From a virus (lineage: Duplodnaviria > Caudoviricetes): a stretch of 39,890 nt of DNA. This document shows positions 26,788 through 34,663 of this stretch, piece after piece (the first letter of the stretch is position 1; every line of letters begins with the position of its first letter). The notes under the pieces are model-generated. The model was not told the origin of the DNA, searched no databases, and was given only the letters and a program-made list of their open reading frames with translations. The stretch is taken from IMG/VR virus record IMGVR_UViG_3300034418_010258, positions 1 through 39,890 of that record; one strand, given 5' to 3'. Position numbers and translations under genes: made by a program.

Positions 26788-26791
26788 TCAT
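25934..26791 (-). CDS. C5 cytosine DNA methyltransferase, alpha chain (motifs I-VIII and X)
   Basis: LFAGAGGG (I), GGFPCQDIS (IV), FVENS (VI), HKRDRIWI (VIII), RLKAIGNGQVP (X). Confidence 0.9.
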   Translation of the reverse strand: MNELVHDTRLRSFHLFAGAGGGILADLLLGHLPVGACEIEEYPRKVLLQRQRDGILPFFPIWDDIQTFDGRPWRGHVEIVAGGFPCQDISAAGKGAGIGGERSGLWGEMARVIGEIRPRFVFVENSPLLVGRGLAVVLGDLAAMGYDAKWGVLGAHHVAAPHKRDRIWILGYSARESINGSVDESNTKRGRETPSPGAVESGNSDMWGFFSDSERRDREVARPSSRTRRERKPISRGTPWKTLSEPLFSRVDERGSNYLDRLKAIGNGQVPICAAYAWRLLSRMD

Positions 26792-27156
26792 TTATTCGGT
26801 TGTGGGTTCAGCTCAATTGCCCAGACGATCTTCGGCCTCGAGACCCTGATAGTTGATTTCTGCGAGCAGCAGGGACACTGGTGCAAAAGTTTCGATTTCC
26901 TCCGGATCCCCGTGTCGTAAACCTTTCCCTTCTCTTTGAGAGGTTTCATCCTGGGCGTCACGGTGTTGGGATTCAGCCCGGTTCGGTTGGCAATCTCGAT
27001 GCTGGTTTGCGGACCGTAGATGGCAAGGCATTCCAGGACGATCTCCTCCTTCGCGGAGACCTTGATGTTCTTCGCAGCATCGTGCGAGGTTTCCGGATCG
27101 GTGTGCCGCGCCAGAGCGCGTTCCTCTCCCCATTGTAGCAGTTCTTCAGTCATCAT
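26788..27156 (-). CDS. Winged-helix DNA-binding protein
   Basis: ARHTDPETSHDAA...GPQTSIEIANRTGLNPNTVTPRMKPLKEKGKV. Confidence 0.75.
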   Translation of the reverse strand: MMTEELLQWGEERALARHTDPETSHDAAKNIKVSAKEEIVLECLAIYGPQTSIEIANRTGLNPNTVTPRMKPLKEKGKVYDTGIRRKSKLLHQCPCCSQKSTIRVSRPKIVWAIELNPQPNK

Positions 27157-27851
27157 TTTGCTTTGGATTCAACGTGCAGAAATTCGCACAGGTCATACTT
27201 CAAACGGTTCACGATCGGGATTCCGCCATCGGCTGACATCTTTCCCGCTATGACATCACCTCGGGAGTTCACGGTTGCGAAGACAGGGCGAAGGTATCTC
27301 CGCCGATGCTCCAGAACGGCATACAGGTCAGCCTCCACGCGTTCGGTGAACTTCTCTTTGCCGATGTCGTCCAGGAACAGCATGTCGCAATTCTGCGCCT
27401 TCTGGATAACAGCCTCCCGACCTTTTCCCAAGCTTCCCACCTGTGACGCGAACTCGACCCCGGACGAAAGCATGACACTCGCTCCAGTCTCATACCACCG
27501 GCGCATCAGTTCAAACATGATCGGCGTCTTGCCCGTCCTGCTGTTGCCGATGAGTCCAACACCTCGAGGGCTGTTCTTCCACTCGAACACCTTCGTCGCT
27601 ACGGGGCGCGTGAGTTCCGGAAGCAGATGCATCTCGAACTTCTGATGGTAGAGCGGAGGTGCAATCTCTTCCCATGGGATCCTGCCAAGCTTCGTCCGGG
27701 TTTCCTTCGTCCGGGTTTCGTATTCCTCGATGCAGTCGTCGCAGGCAGTCTGCGCGAACTTGATCATGGCGCCGGCTACCTCCATCTCCGCTTTTTGCGA
27801 CGGGAACGGATTCTTGCAGACCCTGCACGTTGTCATCTCTTCGGTCATCAT
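27153..27851 (-). CDS. DnaC/IstB-like AAA+ helicase loader
   Basis: N-terminal CxxC pairs, Walker A GNSRTGKT, Walker B LFLDDIGKE. Probable start at 27851, right after the initiator stop. Confidence 0.85.
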   Translation of the reverse strand: MMTEEMTTCRVCKNPFPSQKAEMEVAGAMIKFAQTACDDCIEEYETRTKETRTKLGRIPWEEIAPPLYHQKFEMHLLPELTRPVATKVFEWKNSPRGVGLIGNSRTGKTPIMFELMRRWYETGASVMLSSGVEFASQVGSLGKGREAVIQKAQNCDMLFLDDIGKEKFTERVEADLYAVLEHRRRYLRPVFATVNSRGDVIAGKMSADGGIPIVNRLKYDLCEFLHVESKAK

Positions 27852-27852
27852 T

Positions 27853-28572
27853 TCAGAATTCGTTGTTCTTGCTTTGGGCCGCTTCCAGTTCATCTTCCCA
27901 ACCATCACGGTTGAGCCAGGTAGAGGCATGAGGTGAGTATTTCGGTTCGGTGAAAGCGTGAGGTGATTCAACCTGCTCCTTCAGGGCATCAATGATGCAC
28001 TGTGCTTCCGCCCTCTTGCATGCCTTCGCGAATGCCTTCCTTGCCGCTCCCTTCCCGACCTTCCTGGGGTAAATCTCCCAGAATTGAGCAAAAGTACTCT
28101 CTTCACTGCTTCTGTACTCTGCCTCTGTACTCTGCTTCTGCTTCTGCTTCTGCTTGGTGTTACTGGCGTTACATTGCGTTACATCAGCGTTACATTGCGT
28201 TACATCCTTCTGTTTCTCCCTGTATCTCTGAACCCGTAGCCTTGTCTTTTCCCGCATATCGTCCGCACTTCTCATTGCCCGATATGACTCAAAATTCAAG
28301 ATTTCCCAACCATAGCCGGAACCCTCTAAGGCTTTGATCCTTCGCCCTTCATGGTCTAGCGATTTTGAGAGTGGGTCAGGTTTTGACAATTCCTCAATCC
28401 CCCATTCTACCTCATCAATTGGGGCTCCTATTCTGCGCGCTATCGCTGCCGGGGTCATCATTACGACTCCCTTTGAATCAGCGCAGAGAAGGAAATCCGT
28501 AAAAAAATGACGTAGTTTCCTATCGTCTGCTATGGATGAGTCGAGTATTTGTGTAAAGAGTTTTACAAACAT
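27853..28572 (-). CDS. Replication initiator protein (lambda O/DnaD-like)
   Basis: MFVKLF..ILDSSI N-terminus, FWEIYPRKVGKGAARKAF...HASTWLNRDGWEDE C-terminus, internal iterons, and position upstream of the loader. Confidence 0.8.
   Translation of the reverse strand: MFVKLFTQILDSSIADDRKLRHFFTDFLLCADSKGVVMMTPAAIARRIGAPIDEVEWGIEELSKPDPLSKSLDHEGRRIKALEGSGYGWEILNFESYRAMRSADDMREKTRLRVQRYREKQKDVTQCNADVTQCNASNTKQKQKQKQSTEAEYRSSEESTFAQFWEIYPRKVGKGAARKAFAKACKRAEAQCIIDALKEQVESPHAFTEPKYSPHASTWLNRDGWEDELEAAQSKNNEF
28157..28205. repeat. Iterons / putative replication origin
   Basis: GCGTTACA at 28166, 28176, 28187 and 28197 (10-11 bp period), next to (TTCTGC)n repeats. Confidence 0.75.
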
Positions 28573-28591
28573 GGTTTATTCCTGTTTCCTT

Positions 28592-28627
28592 GCGTTACTG
28601 TAGCGTTACATCGCGTTACAATAACGC
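28592..28627. promoter_or_regulatory. Iteron copies upstream of the initiator gene (putative autoregulatory operator)
   Basis: GCGTTAC(T/A) at 28592, 28603 and 28613, plus an inverted TAACGC at 28622. Confidence 0.65.
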
Positions 28628-28636
28628 AAGTGTTTT

Positions 28637-29857
28637 CTACATCGCTGCATGAAATCCACTGTAGAGGTCGATTTCTCCGACCTTGTAGCTTGAGGGTTCG
28701 AGCGTCTGCTCCTGCGCCTCCATCATGTCCGCGGACCATTTCCCCCGCTTGTAGAGCGAAGCGAGTTTCTGGATCTCGGTGTTGTATTTGACGGTCTCCG
28801 CCTGGATCCAGTCGTCCGGCAGCCAGAAGATACGGGCAATGAACGGTGCCACTTTTTCCTGAGCAAGGAATCCCGCCCTCTTTTTGGGGAAGTCGTAGGC
28901 TGCCACTTCCGGGTGACCCTCCAGCCACTGCGAAATGCGGATGTAAGATGCCATCGAAAAGTCGTAACCGTTCATCTCGACCTGCTTCCCAAACGCAAGG
29001 GGATGTGCTGACAGGCATGTCTTCGGGTCGAGAATCGCATCTCCAGCCGGAAGGATGTCGAGCCTGCCCTTTGTCTGGACATGAAACTCCTTTCCTGACG
29101 ACCCAAACGAAGCAACAGCAAAGAGTCCCACCTCCTTGTGCTTCTTCTGAAGTTTCATCTCGCGAAGGTAGGTGCCGACCTCCGAGGATTCAGGGTGGTC
29201 GTGCATCGCATCCACCATGCGCCGAACGTGCTCCAACATCGCAGGCTTGACAATCAGCCGGCCGGCGGAAGTCTGTTCCTCCTTCCACTTGTCGTATTCA
29301 GTCTGCGGGAAGGTGTTCTCGATCTCCTCCTTCATCCGCTTCCGGGTCGCGGCCAGGATTTCTTCCTTCTCCTCATCAGTCTTCGGAAGGTTCCCGTGCT
29401 TTTTCTTGTAATCCTGAGCTTCCTTGCTGTTCCCTGAATACTTTTCCGGCAATCCCCCCTCCTTGCGCCTGAGGCGCCTCTCAGTGAGTTCCGAGAGTAT
29501 CTCTGGTGTAAGGACAGCGAATTCGTTGTTGAACTCGTCAGGAGTCAACAGGACGCAATGGTAGAGAGATCCGAAAATCAGCGCCTCAGTCTCTTCCCGG
29601 TAATCGATTCCGACAGGTAGGTCGATGTTGTTGTTCGTACACCACCTCGCGATTCGGTCGTTCGCGATTCGGGTGAAGTGTCCGCGGTTGCCGAACGAGG
29701 TGAATTCCTGCGACCCGTTCTTGATGTCAGATCCGCTGATCCCAGGTGCGACCCGATATTCTCGCATCGGTTGATTGATTCGCACCCCGTTGATGCCGGC
29801 ATCGGGATTCACCGGAAAGCAGTCCGAGAGAATTTCTCTGTAGGTTGGGATTTTCAT
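28637..29857 (-). CDS. PD-(D/E)XK exonuclease (RecE/ExoVIII-like)
   Basis: ISGSDIK, ALIFGSLYHCVLLTP, KGRLDIL...DPKT, GYDFSMASY and AQEKVAPF motifs; near erf. Confidence 0.8.
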   Translation of the reverse strand: MKIPTYREILSDCFPVNPDAGINGVRINQPMREYRVAPGISGSDIKNGSQEFTSFGNRGHFTRIANDRIARWCTNNNIDLPVGIDYREETEALIFGSLYHCVLLTPDEFNNEFAVLTPEILSELTERRLRRKEGGLPEKYSGNSKEAQDYKKKHGNLPKTDEEKEEILAATRKRMKEEIENTFPQTEYDKWKEEQTSAGRLIVKPAMLEHVRRMVDAMHDHPESSEVGTYLREMKLQKKHKEVGLFAVASFGSSGKEFHVQTKGRLDILPAGDAILDPKTCLSAHPLAFGKQVEMNGYDFSMASYIRISQWLEGHPEVAAYDFPKKRAGFLAQEKVAPFIARIFWLPDDWIQAETVKYNTEIQKLASLYKRGKWSADMMEAQEQTLEPSSYKVGEIDLYSGFHAAM

Positions 29858-30147
29858 TTGCTCTCGTCCTCCTTCGATTTCAGGTGCTCCTGGTCTCCTT
29901 CCGGTCCGTGAAACTTCTCTTCCACTTCCAACCCTTGCAGGATCTGCCCGATGTCAAACGGTTGCTTGTACTGCGCGATGCACCCCTGAACGAACGTCGT
30001 CCGGATGATGGTCTCGAGCAGTTCGTAGGAGATTTCCCCGACACTGCCGGGTTCGCTCTTGCTGAGAAGTCGATCGGCGATGTCATGGTATTCCTCCCTG
30101 TGCGCCTCCTCAGAGATGATGTGATACAGTTTTTCTGAAACAGTCAT
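29854..30147 (-). CDS. Hypothetical protein
   Basis: 97 aa, coupled to its neighbours. Confidence 0.6.
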   Translation of the reverse strand: MTVSEKLYHIISEEAHREEYHDIADRLLSKSEPGSVGEISYELLETIIRTTFVQGCIAQYKQPFDIGQILQGLEVEEKFHGPEGDQEHLKSKEDESK

Positions 30148-30149
30148 AA

Positions 30150-30977
30150 TTAGATTTCTTCGTTGTTAATGGTTTCCATGATGGTGTTCCACTTCTCATC
30201 TCGCGTCATGTCATCCTGCCATGCCACTGGAAGCTTCCGCCAGTCGTTGAACTTCTTCTTTGTGAGAATGGAAATCGCTCCATTCAGTTGGGTCTCGGTG
30301 ATCCCGTTCGATGCCATGTTCACCTCCATCAGTTCCTCGTAGGTAGGTTCCGGACCCTGCGTCTGAGGTGCTGCGGGTTCCTCCTTCTTCCATGCTGCCC
30401 GACCTGGATCCACCGGAGGATCCTCGGTGCTGTTGCCGTCGTCGTCCTCATCAGTGGTTTCAATTCCCAGGGCATTCTGGAGGGCATAGCGTTTGCCGTA
30501 TGACATCGCAGACCCGAGTCCCTGCACCTTGTTCTTGAATCCACTGTCGTCGATGCAGACAGGCGCCAGTGCCTCCCAGGAATGTCCTGCCTCATGGGTG
30601 ATCGTGCAGATGACCCCGGTGATTCCACCGTTTGTCCCGAGCACAGAGGTGAACCGTTCGGTGAATCCACACTCGACCATCAGCGGCCGGATCTGCTTCA
30701 TCATGGCATCGAAACTGGTGTACCTGCTCACGGGCCGGCCGGACCGGTCGTGAATGATCGAGTTCTTCTGCAATTGAGGGCATGCTCTCTTGAACTTCTG
30801 GAGGGCCAGGGCAGCAAGGTGCTGCGCCTCCTTCGTCAGGATCCGCTCTTGCAGGTCGAGCATGCGTTCCAGTTTCTCCACATCTGCGTCCGGATCGCGG
30901 ACAATGCGTTCGATGGCATGCAGGGTGAGCTGCCCCTGCGTTGCCCCTTCGGGTGCTGTTGTTATTTCAGTCGTCAT
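30150..30977 (-). CDS. erf: ERF-family ssDNA annealing protein
   Basis: QGLGSAMSYGKRYALQNALGI...DEDDDGN signature. Confidence 0.9.
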   Translation of the reverse strand: MTTEITTAPEGATQGQLTLHAIERIVRDPDADVEKLERMLDLQERILTKEAQHLAALALQKFKRACPQLQKNSIIHDRSGRPVSRYTSFDAMMKQIRPLMVECGFTERFTSVLGTNGGITGVICTITHEAGHSWEALAPVCIDDSGFKNKVQGLGSAMSYGKRYALQNALGIETTDEDDDGNSTEDPPVDPGRAAWKKEEPAAPQTQGPEPTYEELMEVNMASNGITETQLNGAISILTKKKFNDWRKLPVAWQDDMTRDEKWNTIMETINNEEI

Positions 30978-31225
30978 CTTTCGTAGGAATAAAGGTAGGA
31001 TTTTTCAGAGAGTTGCCGGTGCTGCTCGAATGCGTCGAACAGTTCCCGACTAGGGCGGAGAACCACATCGTCCTCCACGATATAGGTAACCTTGCAGCAG
31101 ACCGTGGGGTCCAAATTCTGCAAGGCAACCCTGATCATTTTCTCCTCATGGGAGAGGGTTTGGTTTCGGAACCACCGGTCGGTGTATTCCACTTTCCACG
31201 CCTGGGTTGTGTCGTCGCCAATCAT
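30974..31225 (-). CDS. Hypothetical protein
   Basis: 83 aa, ATGA-coupled. Confidence 0.55.
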   Translation of the reverse strand: MIGDDTTQAWKVEYTDRWFRNQTLSHEEKMIRVALQNLDPTVCCKVTYIVEDDVVLRPSRELFDAFEQHRQLSEKSYLYSYER

Positions 31226-31458
31226 TTCTCAATCGCGAGGTAGAGTGGGCGAGACTCTTCGTCAGCCTCGTAGCGGAATGAAACGACATTCCCGTTGAAT
31301 GCCTTCGCCATGACCGGGTCGTTCAGCTTTATCAGTCCGCGGAAGTGCATCGAATTCCGGTTCTCCCGATGGATTCGGAGAATCTCCCCCTCTTCATCCA
31401 GGCTGAACAGTTGGTCGAGGATTTCGTCTTTTGCTTCGTCAATCGTCATCCACATCAT
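31222..31458 (-). CDS. Hypothetical protein
   Basis: 78 aa, ATGA-coupled to the downstream gene. Confidence 0.55.
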   Translation of the reverse strand: MMWMTIDEAKDEILDQLFSLDEEGEILRIHRENRNSMHFRGLIKLNDPVMAKAFNGNVVSFRYEADEESRPLYLAIEK

Positions 31459-31469
31459 AATTGGTTGGT

Positions 31470-31754
31470 TTAAAGTTTTGCAGCAAGTTTCCGACCGTAG
31501 TCGGTGAGGAACACAAACCGGACCCTGCGGTCGTTGACATCGGTCCCCCGTTCAATAAAGCCTGCCCCCTCCATGCGGTCGAGGATGCCGGTCGCGGCGG
31601 CCGGAGAGATTTTGCAGAAGGCAGCAACCTCCGCAGTCTTCATCAACCCTTTCTCATTGAGAATGGCGAGAACTTTCAGACGGGTGCAGCCCAGGGTGCT
31701 GGGAATTTCTTCGATTGTTTTCAGGTTCATGGTTTTGTACATATTTGGGTTCAA
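31470..31754 (-). CDS. MarR-like winged-helix regulator
   Basis: KTAEVAAFCKISPAAATGILDRMEGAGFIER..DVNDRRVRFVFLTDYGR. Confidence 0.85.
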   Translation of the reverse strand: MNPNMYKTMNLKTIEEIPSTLGCTRLKVLAILNEKGLMKTAEVAAFCKISPAAATGILDRMEGAGFIERGTDVNDRRVRFVFLTDYGRKLAAKL

Positions 31755-31756
31755 AA

Positions 31757-32065
31757 TCAGTAGGGTGAATTGCTCATGTCGACTCGGTACGCGTAGGTGC
31801 CGCCGAAAGCGGAGCGTCCGGAAAAGGTCATGAACTCAGGTTCATGTGCATCGAGCCAATCAGAGGTCCAGTCCTCCGTGACGCGATCCAGGAACGAGTC
31901 GTCCTCGAAGATGAGGTCGTCGTCCATTTCGGTGCCGTCGTCTTTCCAGACGCCTCCGGTCACCTCGAATTCCCCGGAACATTCCTGCACCTCCAAAAAG
32001 AGGATGCATTCGCGACCGTCATGGTCGCCTCCGAGCCAGTAGGTAGAGTATTCTGCTTTCGTCAT
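31757..32065 (-). CDS. Hypothetical acidic early protein (probably leaderless)
   Basis: ATG at 32065 lies 7 nt after the -10 box. The track's 32101 start is the TTG of the -35 box. Confidence 0.65.
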   Translation of the reverse strand: MTKAEYSTYWLGGDHDGRECILFLEVQECSGEFEVTGGVWKDDGTEMDDDLIFEDDSFLDRVTEDWTSDWLDAHEPEFMTFSGRSAFGGTYAYRVDMSNSPY

Positions 32066-32072
32066 CGGAAGG

Positions 32073-32101
32073 AGAATAATCCCTTCCGTTACACCTGTCA
32101 A
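32073..32101 (-). promoter_or_regulatory. Strong sigma70-type early promoter
   Basis: TTGACA-N17-TATTCT with an AT-rich upstream segment. Confidence 0.8.
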
Positions 32102-32135
32102 CTATTTTCAGGCATAAATTATTCCGAATGCGCGA

Positions 32136-32825
32136 TCAATACGGCTTGATGTGATCCGGCAGACCGTTTGCCGAATAGTAGGATCCACTGGAAATGAAGG
32201 GAATCGCCCTCTGAAAATGCATCCAGTCCTTTCCCCATGCCCGTCCGCCGGATAGCCAACCGTGCCTCTCCATCACATCGATGGCAGCATCTGAGAAGGT
32301 GGTCGTCTTCTGGAGGAACGGGTTCTCCTCAGAATTGATGTCGACTGCAATGCCCCAGGCATGGGTCGAGAGGCTGGATCCTCCCCGCTTGTAACGGTAG
32401 TTCCAGCACCCAGAGTAGAGGTGCCATCCCTGCCGGTAGAATTCTGTTTTCCCGAGCGTCTCGAACACACCCTTCAGGGCCGCCTCCAGCGATGCCGCTA
32501 CCTTTACATGACACCGATGGTCATCGAGGTTATCACCGGTCGTGTCGCTCAAATGCGCGCCCGTCCTGGTATAGAGTCGGATGTCATTTACAGGAAAGTT
32601 GAACCGGGTCAGATTTGCCTTCTGCCATGTCGCCGACTTTCCAGGGGGACCGTAAAAAGCAGAGAGTTGATTCTCATTTGGAAGGGTGATTGTCTCGGCC
32701 GGCGCCGGTGATTGCCCTTCCCCGATGGGAGGGACAACAGGAAGGATTCCACCCAGAAGATGGTGTGCTTCCTTCAAATGCCACATTGCCTTGTCATGGT
32801 GGTCTCCGATTTCTTCTATGCTCAT
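32136..32825 (-). CDS. Endolysin, M15-family peptidase
   Basis: WNYRYKRGGSSLSTHAWGIAVDIN...KDWMHFQ. Confidence 0.85.
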   Translation of the reverse strand: MSIEEIGDHHDKAMWHLKEAHHLLGGILPVVPPIGEGQSPAPAETITLPNENQLSAFYGPPGKSATWQKANLTRFNFPVNDIRLYTRTGAHLSDTTGDNLDDHRCHVKVAASLEAALKGVFETLGKTEFYRQGWHLYSGCWNYRYKRGGSSLSTHAWGIAVDINSEENPFLQKTTTFSDAAIDVMERHGWLSGGRAWGKDWMHFQRAIPFISSGSYYSANGLPDHIKPY

Positions 32826-33463
32826 TTTATTCCCAGGTCTGAGTTGATCCAGTCGATGGTGGTCGCGACTCTCGATCGCGAAAAATAGTCGTTGTGACCG
32901 TATCCCGTGAACGTCCGGGTGCGGATCCGTGGGTCAGCCAGGTAGAGCTGCCCATCCCGATGGAACCCTTTCGACCCGAGAGAACCGTAGAATCCGGGGA
33001 AGTTTTCCAGCCGGCGGATGACCTTGTCCTCCGGACTCACATACGCGTAGAACATCTCCACTACTCCCGATTGCACAAGCTCCGCCACTCCCGACTTGTC
33101 TACATCGGAGTGGATTGCCGACCCGATCAGGATGACCGTGCCGAACCTCTGCCCTTGCTCTGCTGCCAGTTTCAGGAATTCGATGGTCACGTTGGTGCCA
33201 TTAGAATGGGAGACACAGTGCGCCGGTTTGTGACCCGGGAAGGAGTTCACGACCGAAAAGTATTCGACGAGCATAGATCTCGCCTGCGTCGGATTCACCC
33301 GAATGTGGTTGTCGAGGAAGTTCAATCCTGCCCTGTATTTCTCCGTGTCGACATGCACTGCTGCCGGACCGAACTCCCGATAGGTTCGCACCTTGTAGTC
33401 GTGAATCCACGACGACCTGGTCCTCTTCTGGCGTATGCCGTGCCTGACTAGAATCGGGATCAT
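32822..33463 (-). CDS. Alpha/beta hydrolase (lipase/esterase-like)
   Basis: ILVRHGI oxyanion region, VSHSNG nucleophile elbow, SPED, GHNDYF. Confidence 0.75.
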   Translation of the reverse strand: MIPILVRHGIRQKRTRSSWIHDYKVRTYREFGPAAVHVDTEKYRAGLNFLDNHIRVNPTQARSMLVEYFSVVNSFPGHKPAHCVSHSNGTNVTIEFLKLAAEQGQRFGTVILIGSAIHSDVDKSGVAELVQSGVVEMFYAYVSPEDKVIRRLENFPGFYGSLGSKGFHRDGQLYLADPRIRTRTFTGYGHNDYFSRSRVATTIDWINSDLGIK

Positions 33464-34659
33464 TACTCTGCTGAAACGTAGCGGATGGTAATTCCCTGGA
33501 CCCCGATCGCACCCGTGTAAGTTCCTCCGCTCACATCTCGCCGGATCACAATGCCGAGAAGAGATCCCGCAACAGGATCAGTCGATCCCGTCACTTGTGG
33601 AGTCAGTGAGGTGTATGGGGTCGGGTTCTTAAAGGCGGGGAGTAAAAAATGCGCCCCTGCACCGGTGGTTGTGCCAACTGCGTGAAACCCCTGGTCCGCG
33701 CTCCACATATCAGCGAAGTAGTCGAAGTTGATCGTGTTGGTCGTAAATGCGCCGAGGTCGTGGAGGATCAGTGAAATGGATAGAGAAGAAGTGTCCCCGT
33801 TCCAGTCTCCGGGCATGACCACTCTCCAGATGGAGTCCCCGTCACCCGTGTACGCGTAATGAGCATACGGATTATCGGCGAAACCGGTTGCCGTGTTCAC
33901 CTCCGTGCAGTGGACCCCGTCCACGATGACCGTGCCGTCATAGAACCGAGACACAGTCCGGTACCGAGGGGAGTCTTCCCTCACCAGGGCAATCAGTTCA
34001 GCCAGGGTCAACGTCTCCGGCGCCGCGGATCCCAGAGAGAATGGGAATCGCATCGTTGCCTTCTGACCTGATGACAGAGTCCCCACCAAGTCGGGAAGAT
34101 TGCCTCCCAGTTGCAGTGACAGAGTCGGATTCCCAGCGATGCCATTCCCGTTGGTGACGGCAATCCCCTTCGTCGACGCGCCTTCGATCTGCCTTGCCGT
34201 GACGGTGCCGTTCGTCGTCTGCGCCAAGAGACCGTTCCCGGTGCCTACGATGTCGTTCGCGTTCAGGTATGCGGCAGTAGTCAAGGCGTCACGATATGCT
34301 TCCTGCGCGATCATGACGACCCTGTCCAGAGCAGACTCCACCTCCTCCGGCGGGAACTTTCCACTGGTGACAAGGTCCAGATTTTGGACCTTCGCGGTTT
34401 CCCTGCGAATCCGGATCGTCGTCATTCCAACGACACCTGGATCTGCTGTCACCGTAACGGTTCCTCCCTTCAACCTTCCCGCTGAGTCATAGCCAGGATT
34501 GAGAGTCCAGGAGTCTACGTCGACAACCGCGCCCAGCGAATTGTCGAAAAGTTGCACTCGGATGTCGTCAACGTCGTTGTAGCGAAAAGTGAAATCGAAG
34601 TCTACCGGAAAGGTTGAACCCAACGCGTAGTAGATCTCTGATGCTTCTGTGTCGATCAT
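33463..34659 (-). CDS. Tail fibre / receptor-binding protein (T7 gp17-like N-terminal adaptor)
   Basis: FPVDFDFTF...IRIRRET...FPPEEVESALDRVVMIAQE adaptor segment and a beta-rich C-terminus. Confidence 0.75.
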   Translation of the reverse strand: MIDTEASEIYYALGSTFPVDFDFTFRYNDVDDIRVQLFDNSLGAVVDVDSWTLNPGYDSAGRLKGGTVTVTADPGVVGMTTIRIRRETAKVQNLDLVTSGKFPPEEVESALDRVVMIAQEAYRDALTTAAYLNANDIVGTGNGLLAQTTNGTVTARQIEGASTKGIAVTNGNGIAGNPTLSLQLGGNLPDLVGTLSSGQKATMRFPFSLGSAAPETLTLAELIALVREDSPRYRTVSRFYDGTVIVDGVHCTEVNTATGFADNPYAHYAYTGDGDSIWRVVMPGDWNGDTSSLSISLILHDLGAFTTNTINFDYFADMWSADQGFHAVGTTTGAGAHFLLPAFKNPTPYTSLTPQVTGSTDPVAGSLLGIVIRRDVSGGTYTGAIGVQGITIRYVSAE

Positions 34660-34663
34660 GGTT

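Noticed and set aside
28563-29018. 151-aa minus-strand ORF
   Set aside because: It is an alternative frame over the exonuclease 3' end and the iteron region, with no motif support.
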